A stretch of 64,000 bases of DNA from positions 21,023 through 85,022 of IMG/VR virus record IMGVR_UViG_3300036771_000101; one strand, given 5' to 3'. Positions within the stretch are counted from its first letter, which is position 1. Every line of letters begins with the position of its first letter. Below the pieces are notes generated by a model that was not told the DNA's origin, made no database searches, and worked only from the letters and a program-made list of their open reading frames with translations. This DNA is from a virus. The position numbers were made by a program, and so were the translations under genes. Positions 1 through 9,145 of the stretch are shown here, piece after piece.

Positions 1-1
1 C

Positions 2-886
2 AACTCGGCTGCAGCCGGGATCGTGGTGGCGACAGGCACGGCCATCTCGATGGCTGAGGCGATCATGTCGCATGGGATCAGTCCCGCCAAGCTCCTCGAA
101 ACGAACATCAGGATCTGCAAGCTGGCGCAGGATTCGATGCTCAGGGGTCTGGCGAATCGCACGCCGCGGCGAAGCCCTGCGTTGAGAGCGATGTATGCCT
201 CCTACCGCAACAGCAACAGCAGCCAGCGGGCTTCGGGGGCGCTGAAGCGGGTGATCGGAGACGACAACTTCTACGAGGCGACGGTCCAGGGGATCCGTTT
301 CATCAACACGAGTCTTCTCAACACCGAGGCGAAGCATTGGAAGCGGCTGAACTTCGGTGCGGGCAGCGGAGCGATCGCTGTCCCAGGCAAGTTCCAGCTG
401 GACGTCGGTGGGCAGCTGATCGGCGAGGCGATTGGACTGAATCCAGATCCGCGGATCGGGTTCAACATGCCGCCGGGGTTCTGGCTGGGGCCGGGAGGGC
501 AGCATCAGGCAGCAGGGTTCGCTGGGTCTGGCGTGTTCGTTCCGACAGGGAAGTGGCCCCGGTCGAAGAAGAAGTCGGGGATCGTCACGACCAACTTCAT
601 GGACGCTGGCGTGAAGAGGTTGGTTCGCGAGGTGGGGTTGCAGTACACGGCGTTGCTGGACGACTACGTCCGGGCGATCGCCAACAGTGGGGTGGACGGA
701 TATTCGGAGGGGGCGGTGCGACTGCCTTCGGTCACGGTGCGGTCAGTGGCACCGCAGGTGGACCCTCGGCAGAAGGACAAGATCAACGCGCGGCTCGCCT
801 ACTACAACGCTCACACGCCAGCGCGGAGTAATCCGTTGACGATCCAGGATCGTCGCCGTGGGAAGCCCTACAAGTTCATCGTCTGA
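2..886 (+). CDS. Hypothetical virion-region protein (probably 5'-truncated by the window edge)
   Basis: Reading frame open from position 2 to TGA at 886; lies just upstream of the major tail gene. No recognised motif. Confidence 0.6.
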   Translation, partial: NSAAAGIVVATGTAISMAEAIMSHGISPAKLLETNIRICKLAQDSMLRGLANRTPRRSPALRAMYASYRNSNSSQRASGALKRVIGDDNFYEATVQGIRFINTSLLNTEAKHWKRLNFGAGSGAIAVPGKFQLDVGGQLIGEAIGLNPDPRIGFNMPPGFWLGPGGQHQAAGFAGSGVFVPTGKWPRSKKKSGIVTTNFMDAGVKRLVREVGLQYTALLDDYVRAIANSGVDGYSEGAVRLPSVTVRSVAPQVDPRQKDKINARLAYYNAHTPARSNPLTIQDRRRGKPYKFIV

Positions 887-1000
887 TCCTGCAGGATCGA
901 TGGGAACGACCATCGGCTGGGCGAGTTGAACGCATACGGCTGGGTGTCGATCTGAAGACGTGAGCATCAGCGCGTCAGCTGATCGGATCGTATCGAGTGG

Positions 1001-1091
1001 AAGGTCGGGGCCGACGAGGGGTGGCCCCGACCTTGGCGCGGACTCCTCTCGACACCCGGCATGTGCGTCGAGTGACGCACTCAAGAGGAGG
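1001..1091 (+). promoter_or_regulatory. Structured 5' UTR of the major tail gene with possible SD sequestration
   Basis: 12-bp perfect stem AAGGTCGGGGCC (1001-1012)/GGCCCCGACCTT (1023-1034); hairpin GTGCGTC/GACGCAC (1063-1080); CTCCTCT (1043-1049) is complementary to AGAGGAG (1084-1090), which overlaps the SD. Confidence 0.45.
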
Positions 1092-1099
1092 TAGTTCCA

Positions 1100-2302
1100 C
1101 TGGCTATCCGCTCAGGCGCCATTCTCCACGACGTCAACGGCTTCGTCATCGACCGGATCCAGACCGGCGGCGCGGGGAACCTGAACATCCCCACCGAGAA
1201 GATCAACGAGCTCGGCAACTGGCAGACCGTCGCAACGATCCGCGACATCCCTGACCTCTCGTTCGACCTCGAATCCCTCGACGTCACCACCGAGATCGAA
1301 TCGACGCTGCTCTACAAGAACCCCACCTCCGTCTCTCCCGGCGACGAGTTCGACTTCACTCTGGCGAAGCCCATCGACGTCATCTCCCCGTTCAAGTCCG
1401 GGCCGGGAGCGTTCGACATCGTCCGAGGGCTCGCCCTGCCGTACCTCACTCTGGAGAGCGCCACCTACCGGTTCGGCACCAAGGCCAACGCCACCCAGGC
1501 GTTCGCGCTGCGGGGCGACTCGATCTACTACATCCCGGGCACCCCGTACTACGAGGAGTTCTCGGCGTCGGGTACCGGCCCATACACCCTCGCCCACACG
1601 GCCATTCCGTACACCGAGCGGGGCGACACATTCCACGCTCTCGGGGTGTGCACGATCAGCGCCACTGGCGTGTACAAGCGGCTGTTCCACGGGTCGGACT
1701 ACACCGACACCACCACCACGGTCACCCTTCTCGCGGCGGCTCCCGTCGGCGGCAAGGTCCGGATCGTCTACGGATCCACGACGGCCGCAAACTATCCGCA
1801 GAGCGTCCACCAGGACGTGACCGTCAAGCCCGCCGCTGTCCGCGGCAAGGACATCGACGTCTACATCGGCACCACCGACGCCACCCCCACCTTCACCCGG
1901 TGGACCGGTGTGCAGAACTTCGAAGTGGCCTGGAAGGTCACCCTCGACAACGACGAGGAATTCGGCAACTACCACTACGTCGCGCAGGACTACGACTACC
2001 CGGACGTCAGCGGCACCATCACCGTCCGGTCCCGCGACCCGCAGGATCTGTGGGACAAGATCTACCAGGTCGCCAACATCACCGGCACCCAAGTCGCAGG
2101 CCCCAACACTTCGGTGGGGCTCCCCATCGAACTGCGGATCAACAACCCGGACACCGGCGCTCGGATCAAGACGCTCTACGTCCCGGACGCCCGGTTCACC
2201 CCGCCGCCGATTCAGGGTCGGGTGGCCCAGAAGCTCGAACCCCAGTTTGCTTTTACGTCTGACACGGGTGTGCTGAAGGTGTACGCCGGGGCTCGGCCCT
2301 GA
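1100..2302 (+). CDS. Major tail (tube) protein, about 400 aa, probable CTG start
   Basis: Frame open from the TGA at 1073 to 2302 with strong C-ending codon bias. AGGAGG (1086-1091) lies 8 nt before CTG 1100 (LAIRSGAILHDVNGFVIDRIQTGG...). First canonical in-frame start is only at 1646. Sits before the chaperone and tape measure genes. Confidence 0.8.
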   Translation: MAIRSGAILHDVNGFVIDRIQTGGAGNLNIPTEKINELGNWQTVATIRDIPDLSFDLESLDVTTEIESTLLYKNPTSVSPGDEFDFTLAKPIDVISPFKSGPGAFDIVRGLALPYLTLESATYRFGTKANATQAFALRGDSIYYIPGTPYYEEFSASGTGPYTLAHTAIPYTERGDTFHALGVCTISATGVYKRLFHGSDYTDTTTTVTLLAAAPVGGKVRIVYGSTTAANYPQSVHQDVTVKPAAVRGKDIDVYIGTTDATPTFTRWTGVQNFEVAWKVTLDNDEEFGNYHYVAQDYDYPDVSGTITVRSRDPQDLWDKIYQVANITGTQVAGPNTSVGLPIELRINNPDTGARIKTLYVPDARFTPPPIQGRVAQKLEPQFAFTSDTGVLKVYAGARP

Positions 2303-2347
2303 TCAACGCTTCACGGAAATAGGACGCCCGCGAGGGCATACAAGGAG

Positions 2348-3202
2348 ATGGAGATGGCGAAGGCTCGGCGACGGTTGGAGGATCTCTACGTCATCGGTCG
2401 GGAATACACGGCTGAGGACGGGCAAGGCGAACCGGTCACGGTCTGGTTGCAGAAGATGTCCCCTCTGGATCACGAGAAGGCGATCCGGCGGGCTGGCGCG
2501 GCGAAAGCCAAGGTGCTGTTGGCCCGCCACGACAGAACCCACGAGATCTGGCAGGAGAGCTACGCCGACCTGACGGACATCGGGGGGCGGGATCAGCTGA
2601 TCGAGTTCATCGCTTCGGAGGAGATCTCGAAGCTGCACGAGTCGGCGGAACGGGAGTTGGAGTTCTCGGAGGAATGGACGAAGGACGACTATCTCGAAGG
2701 GTTGCGGGACGCGTGGGAGGTCGGCGAGCCTCCGTTGAGGGAGCAGTATCTCAAGGACTCCGAAGATCCGGAGGCTCGCCGGGTGTTCCTCGAACTGAAA
2801 CGGTTCGCGGACTGTGTGAAGTCCAACGTCGACCCGGAGATCGAGAATCTGAAACGCGACTACGAGAACGCGTCGGATGAGGAACTCCGCGACAAGGTGG
2901 TCGACAAGATCCTCGATCTGAAGAGCGGTCTGGCGTGGCTGCAGGAGTACCGGAAGTGCGAAGTGGCGTACGCCACACGGGAACTCGGCAACCACGACGT
3001 CTACTACTTCCAGGAACGGCAGGCGGTCGATCGGCTCGCACCGCAGATCTTTGGCGCGTTGAGCACCGCCTACCAAGAGATGGTGGTGGAGATCCCCGAG
3101 GGAAAAGAATCGCCCAACACCCCCAATTCCTCGCCCTCGTCCGAACCGCCAAACGAGGAGGAGACCTCGCCTGTCTCTGGCCCCCAAGTTGTACGTCTGT
3201 AA
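2348..3202 (+). CDS. Tail assembly chaperone (gpG-like)
   Basis: Acidic helical protein between the tail tube and tape measure genes; AAGGAG SD; slippery G GGA AAA at 3100-3106. Confidence 0.85.
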   Translation: MEMAKARRRLEDLYVIGREYTAEDGQGEPVTVWLQKMSPLDHEKAIRRAGAAKAKVLLARHDRTHEIWQESYADLTDIGGRDQLIEFIASEEISKLHESAERELEFSEEWTKDDYLEGLRDAWEVGEPPLREQYLKDSEDPEARRVFLELKRFADCVKSNVDPEIENLKRDYENASDEELRDKVVDKILDLKSGLAWLQEYRKCEVAYATRELGNHDVYYFQERQAVDRLAPQIFGALSTAYQEMVVEIPEGKESPNTPNSSPSSEPPNEEETSPVSGPQVVRL

Positions 3203-3438
3203 CGGCCGTTCCGATCGACCTGTACAAGGCGATCGAACATTCTCTGAACATCCTCTCCTGGCAGGAGAACTTGGGTGAAGAAGATATGCCTCCGGAATGG
3301 ATGTGGAGCGTGGACCACGAGCTCGACAAGTGGTTCGACAAGATCAAGGTTCAGCGGGACGAGAAGTACGGGACCAACCACGAGTCGGCCCCGATGATGG
3401 AGAACCAGTACGCCCAGAGAATGCGTGAGGCCCGCTGA
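3100..3438 (+). CDS. Tail assembly chaperone -1 frameshift extension (gpGT-like C-terminus)
   Basis: The -1 frame from GGGAAAA reads GKRIAQHPQFLALVR...PPEWMWSVDHELDKWF...MREAR, with its stop overlapping the tape measure ATG (TGATG). Confidence 0.8.
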   Translation, partial: GKRIAQHPQFLALVRTAKRGGDLACLWPPSCTSVTAVPIDLYKAIEHSLNILSWQENLGEEDMPPEWMWSVDHELDKWFDKIKVQRDEKYGTNHESAPMMENQYAQRMREAR

Positions 3439-6400
3439 TGGCTGGCGAATTCCTGATCGAAGGCAAGGTCAAGATCGGGCTGGACGCTTCACAGTTCAGT
3501 TCGCAGCTGCAGAAGATGGCGCAGGACGCCGAGTCTGCAGTCAACAGCCTGAAGAGCACGTTGACGAAGCAGTTGACGTCGACCAAGCCGGAGTCGGAGA
3601 AATCGGCCACGGTGGCGTCTGGAGTCACGAAGTTCCAGGGGCAGCAACGCGGCTTCGAGAAGCAGATCTCGGAGTTGCAGGCATCGGGTGCTGTCACACC
3701 TCAGCAAGCGACGCAGCTGCGACAGGCCGTCTCGAAGCAGATCAACCAGATCAACAATCTGCTGAAGATTGACGAGTCGACGGGCAAGATCCAGAGCGAG
3801 CTCGGTCAGGTACTTGAGAAGTACGGCCAGAACGTCAAGCGTCAGAACGAGGTTGTCGCCGGGGTTCGCGGGAAGGGCGGTTCCAGCGGCGGGCGTGGCG
3901 GCGGTGGAAACCCGCCTCGTCCACTGGCTGGCGGTGGAGGCGAAGGAGAAGAGGGAATCTCCGACGCCGCGATTCGGCAGCGAGAAGCTGCGGCTGGAGC
4001 TCGCGCTCTCATAGCTGACGAAGCGTACATCGAAGCCACCGTGCTGCTGAATGCTGCTCGGCGCGCTCTTTCCGCCAACATTATCGCCGAGGAAGAAGCC
4101 AGTGTTCTTTCTCTGCGAGAGATCATCAATCTGAGGATTGCTCGCGAGAAGTTGGCTGCTCGCACCGAGAGCGAACTGTCGAATCAGCCGGAGTTCATCG
4201 GGGCGAAGACGTCCCGGGCGCTGTCTGGGCTTGATATCAAAGCGCAAGTTGCACAAGGAGTAGCCGGAGAGCAAGGAGCGGAGTCAACGCTGGCCTTGGA
4301 AAAGGGCCAGAAGACATTGGCAGCGCTTGTTCAAGAGTTGGCGCTTTCGGACGAGAGTCTTATCGAGCTCAATGCCAAGTTGAAGACTCAAGGTCTTCAA
4401 CTTGTGGCCGCCACCAACGAGAAGCTTGCCGCTGACGAGACGTACATCGAAACCCAGCACACGCTGAATCGACAGAAGGTCGAAGAAGCGACGACGTTGG
4501 CACGGGAGCGCACTGTTGACCAAGAGATGGTTGGGGTCAACGCTGAACTCCTCAATGCAAGGCGTGCCGAGAAGCGTGCGGTTGAACAGAGAGCGATCGA
4601 TGAGCGGAACGCTGAGCTTCAACAGCAAGGGATCACGCCGACGCGTTGGCAGTCGCTCGGAGCGAAGGTCAAGAGCGCTACCACGGGGGAGGCGCAGGAC
4701 CCGTTCGAGCAGGCGACGTTCGGTTCACAGCTTGCTCAACGAGGACTGATCGCTGGGCAATACGCTATAGCCGGTCTGTCGATCCGTCAGGTACTCACGA
4801 CTGTTACGTCGATGGTGGCCGAAGCTGAGAAGCTGGAGGTCGTCTTCGGTCAGATCGATCTGGAACTCAAGGCGATCGGTCAAGGTGACGCGTTCGACAA
4901 GGTGCGCTCTGACGTCCTCGACATCGCGAAGAACCTCGGGATCGCCGCAGATCAACTTGCTGGCATTGAACAGCGAACAATCGGCGTCTACCAGAACATC
5001 TCTCAGGCTACGGCAGCAACGAAGGCCATCGGGCAGTTGCAACTCGTCACCGGGATCCCGTCTGCCGACCTGTTCAAGAATTTGATTCCGGCGGCGTTGG
5101 CTTTCGGCACAACCATTGACCAGATCGGCGACAAGGTTATCGGCCTCAGTCAACGGTTCGGTACGAACAATGCCGAGACGGTGGCGTTCTTCGGGCGGGC
5201 TTCGGAGGTTGCGTCTTCCACTGGTCTAACACTTGACCAGTTGGGTGCCATTTCGGCGACGTTGCAGCAGCGGCTAGGTCAGGGCGGTACCGCATCCGCT
5301 GACCTCTTCGACCGTGTCGCTACTTCGCTGGGACAAAACAGCGAAAAAATCCTGGACATCATGGGTCGCATTCCCTCTTTGGCGCCGCAGGTCAACGAGA
5401 CTGCTGCTGCCATTGCTAAGGGCAATACCGGGCAAGCGCTGCTTACCATTGCTCAAGGCTGGAGTAAGGTCGGCGAAGACGCTCGCAAATCGCTGCTTCA
5501 GCAGGTAGCGAATCGTCGTGAAGCAGCGACGATGAAGGTGCTACTCGACAACCTTGCTCCGGCTCTGGCAACTGAAGGAGCGGCCGGGGACGACAGCGGG
5601 AAGTTGGGAACAGCGGCTGCCAAGACCCAGGACACGATCGCTCAGGGTATCGCCCGGCTGAAGGAAGCGCTGCGGCAGCTGGGCGACACGATCGCCAGGT
5701 CCGGGCTCAGTTCCTTCCTGAAAGACGTCCTGACTGTTGCCGATGCGCTGGCAAAGGTTGCTGGTGTACTGCTCGGCGTTTTCGGGGCGATCAACAACAC
5801 CACTCACGGGCTTGTGGGCACATTCGCTGCCCTGACCGCCGCTCTGTTCGCTGTGCGCTTCGCTATGAACGCCATCGCCAACTTGAAGGGCAGCCAGTTC
5901 GGCGCTTCTGTTCGGCGTGGACTTCAGCCCGCCGAGCAGGTGGCGGAAGGTGGAGCGGCGGAAGCAGCGGGAGCTACAGAAGCCGCTGGGGTGGCTGGGG
6001 GAGCGACTCTGGCCGAGGGCGGGACTGCTGCTGGAACCGAGGTCGCCGCTGGCGGGAAGGCCGCTGGCGAGGCGTTGGAAGCGGGGGCGGAGCAGTCGGC
6101 TGTAGGAATGGAAGCCGGGGCTGGGGCGGCTGCTGAAACGATCGTTGCCGGTGGCGTTGGTGCGGCGGAGCAGATCGCTGCTGCGGGACCTGAAGTCGCA
6201 GCGAGCCTCGAAGCTGCTGGTGCTGAAACGGCGACGCAGGTCGAGGCGGCTGGTGTCGGGATGCGAGCTCGACTCGCATCCGCTGGTAGCGGAGTTTCTG
6301 AACTGACCGTGGCGGGTTTCAGTCTCGGGACGCTTGCGTTTACTGGCGTTGTGTCGGCAGCGATCATCGCTGTCACTAACACGTACAACCACGCGAAGGA

Positions 6401-8759
6401 AGCATCGGAGAAGCAAGGAAAGGCGTTCGAGACTCAAGCCGAGAAGCTGCTCAACACCGGAACTGATCAGCAGAAGGCGTACATCGAGCATGTAGCGACG
6501 GGTCAGGAAGACATCTGGACACGTCTCGCTGGGGACATCGGGCTGGACACACCGAAGAAAGAAGCGGGGAAGGCCGTCATTGCGGCCGAGGCTCCTGCAC
6601 TGACGGCGAAGCTTCAGGCTCTGAAGAACCAGAAGATCCCTGGGCTCGAAGGCACGATCGACACCATCAAGCCGAAGAGGGATTCGTGGCTTGAAGAGAA
6701 CCTGCACACCTTGGTGGATCCGACGTACAAAATCCCCAAGGACCGCAAGATCACGATCGATAGTCTGATCAGCAGACTCGCCAGCGGCGATGCGAAGGCA
6801 GCGGCAGACGCAAAGGCTGAGCTCGACAGACTCGGCAAGGACCCCAAGTACGCAGCGGCGGTAGCGCAGGCCATCGGGCTCGGCAACGACGTTGCTGATC
6901 AGGCGAGTGGGGCGATCGTCCAGACGGCCGATGAGGCAGTCAAGGGCTTCAAGGCCGGGCGAAACACCGCTGCTGAGACGTTCGACAACATCAACCAGGC
7001 ACTCGCTCGGGATCGGAATGTTCTTGCCTCGGAAGGGGATCAGCCCGACCCGAAGATCCAGGAAGAGATCGACAAGCTGATCGCCATGTCGAACGACGTG
7101 ATCAGCACGATCACGTCGCAGGCGGAGTCTTGGATTTCCCTGGTCACGGCTGCTGGTGGAACGTCAGCGGATATCGCGGCGGCAACCCAGGATGAGATCA
7201 CCAAGCTGGAATCAGCGTTGGCGTCAGCTTCGCTGGATCCGGCAACGAAAATTGCAACTGTTGCCAAGATCTTGCAGATCAAGCAGGGGTTGTTGAAGTC
7301 GCTGGCGGATCATGCGCACTCGGCGGCTGACGCTTACAAGCTTCTGCTCGGTGGAACGACGATTTCCACTGAGGATCTCATCGCGGCGGGGGTGCTCACG
7401 GCTCCGGCTGCGGCGGGTGCCGCACCGTCGGGACCGTTGTCAGTACCGGAAGATGCGTGGAAACCTGGTGGCGTTCCGACGGGACCAGTAGCTGGTCCGC
7501 CAGTACCTGCTGCGCCTACTCCTGCATATCAGCTGCCAGCGTTTACTGGGCCGTTCGGGGCGGCTCCTCCGCCGACTGGGGCTGGTCCTGTCCCGACTGC
7601 TGCAGCGCCGACTGGGCAGGCACCTGCTTCACCGACGACGGCCACCTATGCGGATGGCTACACGGTGGATGTCGGTGGAGTGAAGATTGTCTACGACGCC
7701 AAGACAAATTCTTGGAAGATCCCGGCTCTATCGGAGTCGCTCAAAGCGGCGTCGCGTGCAGCTATCCAGGAAAGTCTTGGCACGTACACCCTGCAGAAGT
7801 CCGAGACCAGGGACCCGCAGAAGCAAGCCCAGATTAGTCTCAAGTCGGCTCAGGACAACCTTGCTCAACTCAAGGCGCAGACTGGTGATGCGGCGGCGAC
7901 GAAGGCTGAGCTCGATGCGGCTCAGGCTCAAGTCAACGATGCGCAGAATGCTCTGGACGACGCGAACAATGCTGCTGATGACGCCAATCTTCAGTTGTCC
8001 CGAGCTCGGATCGGGACGTTACCGAACGCTCTTGAGGACGCCAAGCTCGCCCAGCAGGACGCTAAGAACGCCATTGCCCGAGCTCATGGTCCAGTGGCGG
8101 AGGCTCAGGCTCAGATCGCGAAGCTGAAAGCGGATCAGCAGTACAAGGACGCGATGACGGCCATTGCTGACTCCCGGGTCAATCTGTTGATCACGTTGGC
8201 GCAGGCAGCTGGAGATGACGTTACGGCTACGAAGCTGCGGTTGGACGATGACCAGAAGAAACTCAGGGATGCCATCGCTCAGGGCGGAGCGGGCGACGAG
8301 TACCTCAACCCACTGAAGGCGCAAGTCGCCCAGGACCGCGCATCGGTGATCGCCGCGCAGCTGGCTGATGTGGAGAGCACGATCGACTTCCAGCTGGAGA
8401 TGGGTCAGCTGACCAAGGGTCAGGCCATCGCTCAACTTCAGGCTGAACTTCCGTTGGTGGCAGGGAATCAGAAGCAGACGAGAGAGCTTCTCTTGAAGAT
8501 CCATCAGCTGATGAACGACACAGCTTCGGGGTTGCAGTTCAACCTCGGTGACATCAAGCTCCCGACGCTGTACGAGGTAAACCGGCTGGCCGGGACCAGG
8601 GCCGCTGGCACTGGATACAACGACAATCGGCAGATCTCGATCACCATGCACAACTACAACTCGACCGATTACCAGGGTTCCATCGATCAGTTCGTTGATC
8701 TTGCGAACCAACCCAGTCGGTACGGCACGTACGCCAGTATCTACCCGACGAGGAACTGA
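3438..8759 (+). CDS. Tape measure protein
   Basis: 1773 aa, Ala/Gln/Leu-rich coiled coil with central hydrophobic segments; directly follows the frameshifted chaperone. Confidence 0.92.
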   Translation: MAGEFLIEGKVKIGLDASQFSSQLQKMAQDAESAVNSLKSTLTKQLTSTKPESEKSATVASGVTKFQGQQRGFEKQISELQASGAVTPQQATQLRQAVSKQINQINNLLKIDESTGKIQSELGQVLEKYGQNVKRQNEVVAGVRGKGGSSGGRGGGGNPPRPLAGGGGEGEEGISDAAIRQREAAAGARALIADEAYIEATVLLNAARRALSANIIAEEEASVLSLREIINLRIAREKLAARTESELSNQPEFIGAKTSRALSGLDIKAQVAQGVAGEQGAESTLALEKGQKTLAALVQELALSDESLIELNAKLKTQGLQLVAATNEKLAADETYIETQHTLNRQKVEEATTLARERTVDQEMVGVNAELLNARRAEKRAVEQRAIDERNAELQQQGITPTRWQSLGAKVKSATTGEAQDPFEQATFGSQLAQRGLIAGQYAIAGLSIRQVLTTVTSMVAEAEKLEVVFGQIDLELKAIGQGDAFDKVRSDVLDIAKNLGIAADQLAGIEQRTIGVYQNISQATAATKAIGQLQLVTGIPSADLFKNLIPAALAFGTTIDQIGDKVIGLSQRFGTNNAETVAFFGRASEVASSTGLTLDQLGAISATLQQRLGQGGTASADLFDRVATSLGQNSEKILDIMGRIPSLAPQVNETAAAIAKGNTGQALLTIAQGWSKVGEDARKSLLQQVANRREAATMKVLLDNLAPALATEGAAGDDSGKLGTAAAKTQDTIAQGIARLKEALRQLGDTIARSGLSSFLKDVLTVADALAKVAGVLLGVFGAINNTTHGLVGTFAALTAALFAVRFAMNAIANLKGSQFGASVRRGLQPAEQVAEGGAAEAAGATEAAGVAGGATLAEGGTAAGTEVAAGGKAAGEALEAGAEQSAVGMEAGAGAAAETIVAGGVGAAEQIAAAGPEVAASLEAAGAETATQVEAAGVGMRARLASAGSGVSELTVAGFSLGTLAFTGVVSAAIIAVTNTYNHAKEASEKQGKAFETQAEKLLNTGTDQQKAYIEHVATGQEDIWTRLAGDIGLDTPKKEAGKAVIAAEAPALTAKLQALKNQKIPGLEGTIDTIKPKRDSWLEENLHTLVDPTYKIPKDRKITIDSLISRLASGDAKAAADAKAELDRLGKDPKYAAAVAQAIGLGNDVADQASGAIVQTADEAVKGFKAGRNTAAETFDNINQALARDRNVLASEGDQPDPKIQEEIDKLIAMSNDVISTITSQAESWISLVTAAGGTSADIAAATQDEITKLESALASASLDPATKIATVAKILQIKQGLLKSLADHAHSAADAYKLLLGGTTISTEDLIAAGVLTAPAAAGAAPSGPLSVPEDAWKPGGVPTGPVAGPPVPAAPTPAYQLPAFTGPFGAAPPPTGAGPVPTAAAPTGQAPASPTTATYADGYTVDVGGVKIVYDAKTNSWKIPALSESLKAASRAAIQESLGTYTLQKSETRDPQKQAQISLKSAQDNLAQLKAQTGDAAATKAELDAAQAQVNDAQNALDDANNAADDANLQLSRARIGTLPNALEDAKLAQQDAKNAIARAHGPVAEAQAQIAKLKADQQYKDAMTAIADSRVNLLITLAQAAGDDVTATKLRLDDDQKKLRDAIAQGGAGDEYLNPLKAQVAQDRASVIAAQLADVESTIDFQLEMGQLTKGQAIAQLQAELPLVAGNQKQTRELLLKIHQLMNDTASGLQFNLGDIKLPTLYEVNRLAGTRAAGTGYNDNRQISITMHNYNSTDYQGSIDQFVDLANQPSRYGTYASIYPTRN

Positions 8760-8761
8760 AC

Positions 8762-9145
8762 ATGGTCGTTCGATGGACGCTTACGGATCCGACGGTGCCG
8801 GAAACCTACACGTTCCCGATGAACCCGAATGAGGGCGGCACGCCAGGGATCACCAAGAAGATCACGTCTTCGGTGACAGCAGCGGCTGATGGTCAGGCTC
8901 TGGTCTTCGAGGGTCGTCCCGATCCGCAGAAGTTCACTTTCTCCGGGAGCATTCTCGATGAGAGCCACCTCGAATCGCTCATCTACTGGTTCCAGAAGGA
9001 ACACCAGCTGCAACTGACGGATGACCTCGGACGCCAGTACTGGGTGTATCTCACGAGTTTCACGCCAACGCGGCAGCGGCGCGCTAGCCATCCGTGGCGG
9101 CACACCTACCAGGCTGAAGCGACGATTCTTGATGTGACGACGTGA
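8762..9145 (+). CDS. Minor tail protein (distal tail-like)
   Basis: 127 aa beta-rich protein right after the tape measure gene (YTFPMNP...FTFSGSI...LTDDLGRQYWVY). Confidence 0.65.
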   Translation: MVVRWTLTDPTVPETYTFPMNPNEGGTPGITKKITSSVTAAADGQALVFEGRPDPQKFTFSGSILDESHLESLIYWFQKEHQLQLTDDLGRQYWVYLTSFTPTRQRRASHPWRHTYQAEATILDVTT

